The notes beneath the pieces are model-generated. The model searched no databases, was not told where the DNA came from, and was given only the letters and a program-made list of their open reading frames with translations. This document shows positions 19,713-27,981 of a stretch of 57,833 bases of DNA, piece after piece. The DNA is from Gemmatimonadota bacterium (GTDB taxonomy: Bacteria; Gemmatimonadota; Gemmatimonadetes; Palauibacterales; KS3-K002). Location: assembly GCA_039586795.1 (NCBI GenBank), contig JBDHJS010000020.1, positions 1 to 57,833 of the forward strand. Reading direction: 5' to 3'. The position numbers and the translations under genes are program-made. Every line of letters starts with the position of its first letter. The first letter of the stretch is position 1.

Positions 19713-21088
19713 TACTGGTCCGCTCGGCACATCTCCATCAAATCCGTGATCGACTCGATCTCCTCCAGATTCCACACCGCGTCCTTCAGCCGCTCACGAC
19801 CCGCTTCCGAGAGAACCGGCGCAGCTAGAGCGTCGAACTTCTCCTCCACCTCCTGGTCGGTCAGCGGATTGCGCGGATCACCCTTCGGGTAGTCGAGTTG
19901 CTCGTTGAACTCGCGGCCGTCGGTGGTCGTGATCGTCACGCTGACGCGCTGCAACTTCGGGAAGACGGCCTCGATCTCGGGATCGGCGACGACTTCGACC
20001 TTGTTCAGCTGGGCGCGGATCGTCGGATCCATGATCTTGTCCATCTCGAACTGGGCCGGCGTGACCTGGCGTTCCGCCACGGCAGCGGCGATCACATAGG
20101 GCAGGCTGTGGTCCGCGGTCTCCTTGCTCCGCGGATCGTACTTCGTGGGATCGGCCAGGATGTCCGCCGCCCGCGCCAGCGAGCGGATATGCACCTTCTC
20201 CACATCGTCGGCCGCCAGGTCGTTCTCCTGTACGATCTTCAGTACGGCGGAGATCGGAGCGTGGGTCAGCGCCTCGGTGGGGAAGGCCTTCATGCCGCAG
20301 CGCTCGATGCGCCAGGATTCGCCCAACCCGTCGGTGAGGATGTTCAGCTTCCACTCCGGTCCCATGCAGTGGACCAGGCCTTCCTTGCCATCGATCACGT
20401 GCTCGGGCCCGCTGTAACCCTTCTCGGCCAGCAGCGCGCCCATCACGCCTGCCTCGGTAGCCATGGGATCGACGGTGTTCTTCATCATTGTCAGCTTACC
20501 GGCCGTCACCGCGCCCAGCGAGCAATGATGCGACGCCGAGATGCCAATGGCGTGCTGGATCTTGTCCCACGGTAAGTGAAGCATCCGCCCCGCCACCATG
20601 GGCGAAACGAATGCGGTGAGCGTGGCGTGGTGCCAGCCTCGCTCGCGAATGCCGGGGAAGGCCGCCTCGCAAAGGCGCATCTCGAACTCGTGACCCAACA
20701 CGATACCGACGACCAGCTCTTTACCATCGCTACCGTGCCGTTCGCCGCAGGCTATCGCTGCCGGGATGATGTCCGACGGATGCGACGGATCTTGCTGCCA
20801 ATAGATGTCGTTGTAGTCCATCACGCGCACCATCAACGCGTTGGCAAGCGCCGCCGAGACCACATCGACCTTGGAACCGCTGCCCAGGATCGTTGCCGGC
20901 CCTGCACCCGCTACCTCATCGAGCACCTCCAACGCGATGAGCGCATCTTCCTGCCGATACCCTCCAAACGCACAGCCCAACGAGTCCAGCAGATAACGCT
21001 TCGCTTCATGAACCGCCTGCTCACCGATGTCGCCGAATTTGAGATCAGCCGCCCACCGGCTCATCGCCGCCGTAATCGTCTCCGACAT
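19712..21088 (-). CDS. prpD: MmgE/PrpD family (2-methylcitrate dehydratase-like) protein
   Basis: LDSLGC, DYNDIY, SHPSD, RGWHH, KETADHSLPY and PKGDPRNPL motifs. Confidence 0.88.
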   Translation of the reverse strand: MSETITAAMSRWAADLKFGDIGEQAVHEAKRYLLDSLGCAFGGYRQEDALIALEVLDEVAGAGPATILGSGSKVDVVSAALANALMVRVMDYNDIYWQQDPSHPSDIIPAAIACGERHGSDGKELVVGIVLGHEFEMRLCEAAFPGIRERGWHHATLTAFVSPMVAGRMLHLPWDKIQHAIGISASHHCSLGAVTAGKLTMMKNTVDPMATEAGVMGALLAEKGYSGPEHVIDGKEGLVHCMGPEWKLNILTDGLGESWRIERCGMKAFPTEALTHAPISAVLKIVQENDLAADDVEKVHIRSLARAADILADPTKYDPRSKETADHSLPYVIAAAVAERQVTPAQFEMDKIMDPTIRAQLNKVEVVADPEIEAVFPKLQRVSVTITTTDGREFNEQLDYPKGDPRNPLTDQEVEEKFDALAAPVLSEAGRERLKDAVWNLEEIESITDLMEMCRADQ

Positions 21089-21130
21089 GTCTTCTCTCCC
21101 TATGCCATTAAGAACGGCGCTTCGTTAGTC

Positions 21131-21153
21131 ACCGTCTACCGTCCACCGTCTAC
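21131..21153. repeat. ACCGTCT heptamer array at the HD-gene stop codon
   Basis: accgtct accgtcc accgtct ac. Confidence 0.7.
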
Positions 21154-21686
21154 AGGTTCTTGAACGGCAAATACGTCATAAAATCAGCGTGATGCACGAT
21201 ATAGGCCTCGGTGCTTCGCTTCACGAGATCTCCCTCCGCCGCGTGCGCCGCTATTATATGACACACCTCGTCGGGCACACCGCACTCCATGGCGATGGAG
21301 ACGCCGGTGAACGGGTGCCTGAGCGCCTTGCCCCGATCGCTCTGTACCGCTTTCCCGTCGACCTGCTCGTATTCCAGCAGCTTGCCCACGTCGGCGAGTA
21401 TCGCGCCAGCGATCACCGTGTCCTTGTCTATCTTCAGCGCCCGGCCCAGGAACTCCTGCATCGATTCCGCCGACTTCCGGGCGACATGGACCACGCACCG
21501 CTTGTGCTCCATGAACGTCGCCGGGCAGTTGGGCACCAGCAGGGTGAACGGAATCTCGTTCAGGTCCTGCGGGTCGAGGGGGCTGCGCTCGAAGGCGAGG
21601 ACCCAAGTCTGGGTCACCTGCTCCCGCAGCTCGGGGTTGTCTATCCACTCTAGCTCCGGCCAGAGCTCTTCCACCGCTTTCCGCAT
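21150..21686 (-). CDS. HD/HDIG-fold protein with the HD motif changed to AD
   Basis: EH...V, AGAILADVGKLLEY, LRHP..G, HII.AH and IVHHAD. Confidence 0.8.
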   Translation of the reverse strand: MRKAVEELWPELEWIDNPELREQVTQTWVLAFERSPLDPQDLNEIPFTLLVPNCPATFMEHKRCVVHVARKSAESMQEFLGRALKIDKDTVIAGAILADVGKLLEYEQVDGKAVQSDRGKALRHPFTGVSIAMECGVPDEVCHIIAAHAAEGDLVKRSTEAYIVHHADFMTYLPFKNL

Positions 21687-21955
21687 AGCATCGCTCCGTG
21701 AGGTTTCCCGGCAAACGGCTGCAGGATTCGTGCAATGACGCCGGGTTGGGAGGCCCGTTCGGGCCCGCCAGCTATCCTTTTGAGCCAGCTAATCTAGGGG
21801 CTCTTTGCTGGGCTGCCTAGACATCGAAGGCGATTCGATGGAGCGGGTGGAAGGAGAGGCGAAAGGCCCCAGGCGGGGCCGGGCTTGCATGGCGTGCCGT
21901 TTCTTTCAGATTATCATGCGAAATTGCCTATCGTCACCAACGCTGGCTTCTGACA

Positions 21956-22369
21956 TTGATTTCTAAAACTGCCGAGTACGGCCTCCGGGCCGTCATCTAC
22001 ATAGCCGGACGAGAAGACGACCAACCGGTGCGGGCGAACGAAATCGCCCACGATCTGGATGTGCCCGCTAACTATCTGTCTAAGATTCTCCATAGCATGG
22101 CCCGGGCCGGCATTTTGACATCCGGGCGGGGTCCTCGGGGGGGCTTTCGGTTGGCGAAACCGCCGGAGGAGATGAATCTGGCCGAGGTCGTCGGGCCGCT
22201 CGACCCGGCGCTGTTGGATGAGACTTGTCTGCTGGGTAATCCGTCCTGCTCGGATCACAATTCCTGCGCCGTCCATGAGCGCTGGAAACGGGTGAAGGAG
22301 CCGCTCCTGGCCTTCTTCGCCAGGACGACGGTCGCGGACGTGCTGGGCGGGGGTGCCGTCGTACCTTAG
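21956..22369 (+). CDS. Rrf2-family transcriptional regulator, probably Fe-S binding
   Basis: SKTAEYGLRA, YLSKIL, S.RG..GGF.L and C-x6-C-x5-C-x2-H. Confidence 0.92.
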   Translation: MISKTAEYGLRAVIYIAGREDDQPVRANEIAHDLDVPANYLSKILHSMARAGILTSGRGPRGGFRLAKPPEEMNLAEVVGPLDPALLDETCLLGNPSCSDHNSCAVHERWKRVKEPLLAFFARTTVADVLGGGAVVP

Positions 22370-22561
22370 CGCTCTCAGTGGCGAAGGAACGCGGTGAGGG
22401 GACACCCGGCGATGCACCAACGCGCGGCGCTGCCGAGCTTGAGCTGTAGGCTGAGCTCTACTACCTAAATCACACAACGATAATAACTTAGCGCAACGGA
22501 CAGCTTTCGCGTACTGCTGGGGCGGTCAAATCGCGACAGAAATCACTAATAATTCCCATTA

Positions 22562-22589
22562 TTGACACGGCTCGGGATTCTAATATGAT
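22562..22589 (+). promoter_or_regulatory. Putative sigma70 promoter for the cba operon
   Basis: TTGACA-16 bp-TATGAT in an AT-rich region about 65 bp upstream of cbaD. Confidence 0.55.
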
Positions 22590-22654
22590 GCCGCGGTCTA
22601 ATTCACACCCGTAGGGGAGAAATTCCTAACCACTTCAAGCATCCGGAGGGACGC

Positions 22655-22819
22655 GTGAGCGAGGAGCATCTCCATTCGTCGTCCGAAGGCTCGCCGGACG
22701 TCGGGGGGCACCCGAAGGGGACCCTGGCGATCGTGGGAGTCTACGGCCTGCTATTCGTGGTCGGTTGGTTGATCCTGTACTTCGCGGTATTTGTACCGCG
22801 CGGCGCACTGACTCCGTGA
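22655..22819 (+). CDS. cbaD: ba3-type cytochrome c oxidase subunit IIa (54 aa; below the ORF-track cutoff)
   Basis: Manual translation ...HPKGTLAIVGVYGLLFVVGWLILYFAVFVPRG..., the PKG-TM-RG pattern of Thermus subunit IIa; GGAGG RBS. Confidence 0.85.
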   Translation: MSEEHLHSSSEGSPDVGGHPKGTLAIVGVYGLLFVVGWLILYFAVFVPRGALTP

Positions 22820-22826
22820 GGTAGCC

Positions 22827-23321
22827 GTGCACATCGATTTCTATGAGAGGATCTGGATGTGGGCTGCGGCGGGGATCGTCGTGATCTTCCTGGCGTCCAT
22901 GGGCTTCACGTTCTTCGGGCGAGCGATTCAGCCGCCGAGTCATGTGGAGATGATCGATCCGACGACGGTACGATCCGACGAGGAGTTCGGCAGCCCCGGA
23001 GTAACGATCAACGCCGACGGCAGCGCGACGGTTGTGGTTCAGGCGTTCATGTTCGCGTTTCTGCCGAATGAGATTCGCGTGCCGCGTGGCCGACCGGTGA
23101 CGTTCCGGATGACCAGCGCCGATGTGATCCACGGATTCCAGATCGTGGGCACGAACGGCAACACGATGGTGGTGCCGGGCTACGTCAGTCAGTTCACGAC
23201 TGAGTTCAGCCGGGCGGGTGAGTACCTGATCGTCTGCAACGAGTATTGCGGACTGGGTCATCACGTGATGTCGGCGAAGCTGATCGTGGAGGACGGAGCC
23301 GGGATGGGAGGTGCGAGATGA
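22827..23321 (+). CDS. cbaB: ba3-type (B-family) cytochrome c oxidase subunit II
   Basis: Single TM helix; CuA ligands DVIHG and CNEYCGLGHHVM. Confidence 0.95.
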   Translation: MHIDFYERIWMWAAAGIVVIFLASMGFTFFGRAIQPPSHVEMIDPTTVRSDEEFGSPGVTINADGSATVVVQAFMFAFLPNEIRVPRGRPVTFRMTSADVIHGFQIVGTNGNTMVVPGYVSQFTTEFSRAGEYLIVCNEYCGLGHHVMSAKLIVEDGAGMGGAR

Positions 23322-24940
23322 TCGAATCGAGAAAGCTTGCACTGGCGAATCTCTGGGTCGCGATCTCGGCCTTCGGCATCGCGGCGGCGATGGCGATGAT
23401 GCAGGCGCTTTCGCGTGCCGATCTCGACCTGCCGTGGCGAACGGCGAAGATGTACTACCTGTCGGTGACGGCGCACGGTGTACTGATGGCGCTGGTCTTC
23501 ACGACATTCTTCATCATGGGGTTCGGCTACGTCGTCGCGGAGAAGACGCTGGGCCGGCCGATCACGATGAAGAAGTTCGCCTGGGGTTCGTTCTGGGTCG
23601 CGCTGATCGGGACAGCCTTTACGGCCTGGGCGATCCTGTGGGGTAAAGCGACAGTCCTCTACACGTTCTATCCGCCGCTCAAGGCGCACCCGCTGTTCTA
23701 CATCGGTGCTGCGCTGCTGGTGGTCGGCTCGTGGGGCTGGTGTTGGGTTCTCATCCATACCTACCTGACCTGGAAGCGTGAGAACCCGGGTGTTCGCACG
23801 CCGCTGGCGATGCATGGCTACATGACGACGATCATCGTCTGGATTTTGGCGACGATCGGTGTTGCGATTGAGGTTGTGGTGCTGCTGATCCCGTGGTCGC
23901 TGGGGATCACGGAGAAGATCGACCCGGTACTGGCGCGCATCCTCTTCTGGTGGTTCGGCCACCCGCTGGTCTATTTCTGGCTGCTGCCAGCCTACGTGAT
24001 CTGGTACACGATGGCGCCGAAGATCGCTGGCGGTAAGCTGTTCAGCGATCCGCTGGCGCGCCTGGTGTTCGTGCTGTTCATCGTGCTGTCGACGCCGGTC
24101 GGTTTCCACCACCAGTTCCTCGATCCGGGGGTGCGAGCGGGCTGGAAGCTCTTCCACTCGTTCAACACGCAGTGGATTCTGTTCCCGAGCTTCGTGACGG
24201 CGTTCACGGTGATCGCCTCATTCGAGATCGCCGGGCGAATGAAGGGGAAGAAGGGGTGGTTCGACTGGCTCGAGTCACTACCGTGGGGCAATCCCGCGTT
24301 CTCGAGCGTCGCGCTGTCGATGTTGATCTTCGCGATCGGTGGCTGGGGCGGCGCAATCAACGCGGCCTACGGCATGAACGCCATGGTGCACAACACGGCG
24401 TGGATCCAGGGCCACTTCCACCTGACGGTGGGGACGGCGGTGGCGCTCAGCTTCATGGGCATATCGTACTATTTGATGCCCAGGTTGCTGGGTCGCGAGC
24501 TGGAGCTATCGCTGCTGGCCCGAATTCAGCCTTACATCTGGTTCGTGGGAATGCTGCTCTTCTCCGTCGCCAACCACCTGACGGGTCTGGCGGGCATGCC
24601 TCGTAGGATCTACACGTTCGAGTACGGCGGCAGCGAGGCGGCGCAGGCTTGGATAGCCGGGACGGGGATCTCGGCGTTGGGCGGCGTGTTCCTGTTCATC
24701 AGCGCCGCCTGCTATGTGGCGGTGATGTTTGGCACGGGGCTGGCCGGAAAGAAGGAGTCGGCGGAGCCGATCGAGTTTGCGGAGGCGATGGAAGGACCCA
24801 ACGACAAGGCGCCGATTCTAGATAATCTCAAACTCTGGACCGCCATAGCGGTGGTACTGATCGTGCTGGCGTATGCGTGGCCGATTGCGGAGCATTTGAT
24901 GACGCCGCGCTTTGGCTCACCGGGGTTTAGTCCGTTCTAA
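23318..24940 (+). CDS. cbaA: ba3-type (B-family) heme-copper oxidase subunit I
   Basis: TAHG, LYTFYPPL, WWFGHPLVYFW, GFHH, HNTAWIQGHFH and GMPRR; ATG at 23318 overlaps the cbaB stop. Confidence 0.95.
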   Translation: MIESRKLALANLWVAISAFGIAAAMAMMQALSRADLDLPWRTAKMYYLSVTAHGVLMALVFTTFFIMGFGYVVAEKTLGRPITMKKFAWGSFWVALIGTAFTAWAILWGKATVLYTFYPPLKAHPLFYIGAALLVVGSWGWCWVLIHTYLTWKRENPGVRTPLAMHGYMTTIIVWILATIGVAIEVVVLLIPWSLGITEKIDPVLARILFWWFGHPLVYFWLLPAYVIWYTMAPKIAGGKLFSDPLARLVFVLFIVLSTPVGFHHQFLDPGVRAGWKLFHSFNTQWILFPSFVTAFTVIASFEIAGRMKGKKGWFDWLESLPWGNPAFSSVALSMLIFAIGGWGGAINAAYGMNAMVHNTAWIQGHFHLTVGTAVALSFMGISYYLMPRLLGRELELSLLARIQPYIWFVGMLLFSVANHLTGLAGMPRRIYTFEYGGSEAAQAWIAGTGISALGGVFLFISAACYVAVMFGTGLAGKKESAEPIEFAEAMEGPNDKAPILDNLKLWTAIAVVLIVLAYAWPIAEHLMTPRFGSPGFSPF

Positions 24941-24967
24941 ATGCTGGTTTGGTGGTTCCTAATAGGA

Positions 24968-24996
24968 AAAGAGCCCCGGCTTTGCCGGGGCTCTTT
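24968..24996. terminator. Intrinsic terminator, likely bidirectional
   Basis: AAAGAGCCCCGGC-TTT-GCCGGGGCTCTTT perfect hairpin after cbaA. Confidence 0.85.
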
Positions 24997-25003
24997 ACAT
25001 CTG

Positions 25004-25167
25004 GACAGCCGACAGCCGACAGCCGCGTACCAACGCCCACACCCTGTTCGGCGACCGACTCTCGACGTACGACGCACGCGTTCGACGTACGACGAGAATA
25101 GGAAGTCGGGAGTGGATCGCCGAGTAGGATTTGGTCGCCGGTACGCGGCTGTCGGCTGTTGGCTGTC
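25004..25167. repeat. 164-bp element bounded by 28-bp inverted repeats built from GACAGCC heptamers (MITE/REP-like)
   Basis: 25004-25031 matches the reverse complement of 25140-25167 at 27/28 positions. Confidence 0.8.
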
Positions 25168-25232
25168 GAAATAGAAACGTCCGATGAGCGACGGCCGTCG
25201 GCTGTCGACCGCCGAAAGAAGTACCCAACCCG

Positions 25233-25979
25233 TCAGCCAGCCACAGTGCTCCCCGGCCAGATCAACACAGGCCGGTCCGACTCCTCAACCAGCGGCTTCA
25301 CAACCGGCACACCCGTCGAGTCGGCGGCCTTCTCGGATGGATCATCGGCAAGGATCGTCACCAGGGTAGCCCTGCAGTCATGCGCTTGCTGCAAGAGCGT
25401 GGTGGCGATGTCGTCATCGGATTGCACTGTCTCCAACTTGACGCCATCGCACTCCGGATAGCTGTTGGTCTGAGCCTCACCGACGATTCGAATCGCCCGC
25501 AGTTGGCCGGAACCAAACCACTCTACCAGCTGCGGCACCGTACGCTCGAACGTCGCCGCGCCTTTCACCGCGACCAATACGCGACTTCCCAGAGAGCCCT
25601 CCACCGGGCTCTCCGGCAGGAAGAGGATCGGGATCCCCAGACTCCGCAGCGGGGACGACACGCGCTCCAGATCCCAGTCCTCCTCGTGTGTGGCGCTCGA
25701 GATCACGACGATGTCTACGTCGCGCACCCGGGCTAGCTCGAACAGCCACTTCACCGCGTCACCGCGCTTGAGGGCCAGCTCGACCTTCGGGATGGCCGCC
25801 TCGAAGTGGCGCACCCAGTTGGCCAACTCCGGCATCGGTTCGGCGGGCCCCGGGTCCGCCGGCAGAAGATGCAGGACCGTCGCTTCCGTGAGCCCAATGC
25901 CACGCAGTTCCGGCAGCACCCGGAGAAACTGCTCTCCGGCCTCCGGACTGGTCAGCACGAATATGGCTCGCTTGATCAC
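25233..25979 (-). CDS. Degenerate tandem universal-stress-protein-like protein (start uncertain; ORF extends to 26033)
   Basis: TVLHL, GD...L.ELA....VDIVVI, PILFLP, RVLVAV and PLVEESDRPVLIWP USP-type motifs. Confidence 0.65.
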   Translation of the reverse strand: MIKRAIFVLTSPEAGEQFLRVLPELRGIGLTEATVLHLLPADPGPAEPMPELANWVRHFEAAIPKVELALKRGDAVKWLFELARVRDVDIVVISSATHEEDWDLERVSSPLRSLGIPILFLPESPVEGSLGSRVLVAVKGAATFERTVPQLVEWFGSGQLRAIRIVGEAQTNSYPECDGVKLETVQSDDDIATTLLQQAHDCRATLVTILADDPSEKAADSTGVPVVKPLVEESDRPVLIWPGSTVAG

Positions 25980-26144
25980 CTGACGGTCATCCACTCCTGG
26001 CGGTTCAAAGCACCCATGCAGAGCGATCTGCATTTCACCTTGCCCACCTCTATGGATGAATCATGCCGCGTGATGCGTGAACTGTAAGGTATTTGCATAC
26101 AATGATTTACGGCATCCACCGTGGCTCGACCTCGCAGTTTCTGA

Positions 26145-26164
26145 GGGGCATACTGCCCCGATTA
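26145..26164. promoter_or_regulatory. Palindromic site GGGGCA-N3-TGCCCC-GATTA, putative activator binding site
   Basis: Near-identical to the site at 30977-30996; lies upstream of the USP-like gene. Confidence 0.6.
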
Positions 26165-26220
26165 TCGTGTCACTAGCCCGAATCTGCCCCAGAGCTGTGG
26201 GCGACAAACCGTGGTCTAAT

Positions 26221-27981
26221 TCAGCTTTGGACGGCGGTGCCGGCGGGTAGCGAGAGAACGAAGCAAGCGCCGGGCTCTTCGTCCCTCAGGTAGGCCAGTT
26301 CGCCACCGAGCAAGCGGGCGAGCTCGCGGGAGATAGCGAGTCCCAGACCGGCACCGCTCTTTGACGAGCGATTCGTACCTGCTCGGTGAGCCTTGAAGAC
26401 ATCTTCGCCGAGGGCGGAATCGATTCCCGGGCCGGTATCGCGGACCGTCACCTGCCAGCCCCGTTCGCTTGGCGCCAGGTCGAGGTCGATGCGGCCGTTT
26501 GACTTGGTGAACTTCACGGCGTTGGAGAGAAGGTTGAGGATGATCTGGCGAACCCGTGTGGCGTCGCTAAAGGCGATGGCCCGGTGGTCGAGGCCGGAGA
26601 CGTGAAGCTCGATGCCGTGTCGCTCCACAGTCGGCTTCATGCTGGCCCCCACTTCGCGGACCAGGGCGCGGAGGTCAACTTGCTGAAAGTCGAGCTGAAG
26701 CTGCCGCGCTTCGATGCGGCTCAAGTCGAGCAGGTCGACGACGAGGCGGTGCAATTGCTGGGCGCCTTCGTAGGCGTAGCCGATTCCCTGGTCGATGCGG
26801 TCCTCGACGCCGTCGGCGGCGAGTGCGCGGAGGCGCTCGGTCCAGCCGACGACGCCCGCGGCGGCGTTCTTGATTTCGTGGTTGACGATGGCAAGGAACT
26901 GACCGCGTTGTGCCGCGAGGTTTGCGTTCTCGATGGCGACGGCGGCCTGTGCCGCCAGCAGCTCGGCGAGTTCTTCGTCTTCGGTACTAAACTCGGTGCT
27001 ACCGATCTTTTCCGTAAGATACAGGTTGCCGAATACCTGGTTGCCGATGCGAATCGGCAGGCCGAGCAGCGAGTGCATCGGCGGGTGTCCCTCGGGGAAA
27101 CCGGCGTACTCTGGATGCTTCTGGAGATCGGCGATCCGAATGTTCACCGCTTCCCGGAGCATGATGCCCAACGTACCGCCTCCGGTCGGCCAGCGCCCGA
27201 TACGAGACACGGTCGCCTTATCCATGCCGGAGTGGAGGAACCGTGCCAGCTTGGATCCGGAGCTATCAACAACGGCAAGAGCGGCGTAGCGCGCCCGGAT
27301 GACGGCGCGGGCAGAATCGAGGAGCGTTTGGAGAACCTCGTCGAGGGAGAGCGTGCTGCTCAACACCATGCCGGCGCGGATCAACGCCTGCAGTCGGTGC
27401 ATGTTCTCGTCCTGCGCCGTACGCAGAGCGGTCAACTCGGCGAGTCGCTGCTCTTCGCGCTCGAACCGGTGCGCGTTGTGTAGGGCGATGGCCGCCTGGG
27501 CGGCCAGCGCTTCCAGGATCTCGGCGTCGGCGTCGTCGAAGTCGCGCTCACCGCGGGGGTTGAACGCGAAAATGGTTCCCAGCGCCGTGTCCCCGTAGTA
27601 GAGCGGCGATATGACCTCTTTGCGCACGCCTAGCTTCTTCGCCATGGCATGGTCGGCGCGGGGCTCCGCACCGACGTTGTTGATGAATAGGGTCTTGCGG
27701 CTGGTGATCGCGACACCGTTAAGGCTGCCTTCGATCGACAAGCACTCGCCGAGCCCCAGGGCCGCGTCGGGGCTGGTGGCGACGACTTTGAGGCAGGGGC
27801 CGCAGCCGTCGCAGGGATCAAGCTTCTCGGTGACTACAGCGGACTCGGCATCGAGTAATCGAACGGCGTGATGGCAGATTTGGGCGAGGATATCCTGGTG
27901 CGCCAGGGAAGCGCTGATGGCACGGCCGACGTCGACCAGGGCGCGCAGTCTTTGTTCGCGGGAACGGCTATTCTCTGTCAT
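26221..27981 (-). CDS. Tandem-GAF sensor histidine kinase; second GAF is DosS/DevS-like
   Basis: GFPEGHPPMHSLLGLPI...FGNLYLT; H-box NHEIKN; NLLSNAVKF, DTGPGI and GAGLGL; ATG at 27981 overlaps the regulator stop. Confidence 0.9.
   Translation of the reverse strand: MTENSRSREQRLRALVDVGRAISASLAHQDILAQICHHAVRLLDAESAVVTEKLDPCDGCGPCLKVVATSPDAALGLGECLSIEGSLNGVAITSRKTLFINNVGAEPRADHAMAKKLGVRKEVISPLYYGDTALGTIFAFNPRGERDFDDADAEILEALAAQAAIALHNAHRFEREEQRLAELTALRTAQDENMHRLQALIRAGMVLSSTLSLDEVLQTLLDSARAVIRARYAALAVVDSSGSKLARFLHSGMDKATVSRIGRWPTGGGTLGIMLREAVNIRIADLQKHPEYAGFPEGHPPMHSLLGLPIRIGNQVFGNLYLTEKIGSTEFSTEDEELAELLAAQAAVAIENANLAAQRGQFLAIVNHEIKNAAAGVVGWTERLRALAADGVEDRIDQGIGYAYEGAQQLHRLVVDLLDLSRIEARQLQLDFQQVDLRALVREVGASMKPTVERHGIELHVSGLDHRAIAFSDATRVRQIILNLLSNAVKFTKSNGRIDLDLAPSERGWQVTVRDTGPGIDSALGEDVFKAHRAGTNRSSKSGAGLGLAISRELARLLGGELAYLRDEEPGACFVLSLPAGTAVQS

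Noticed and set aside
26053..26068. Possible sigma54 promoter for the USP-like gene (minus strand CGGCATGATTCATCCA)
   Set aside because: The -12 element reads CC instead of the near-invariant GC.
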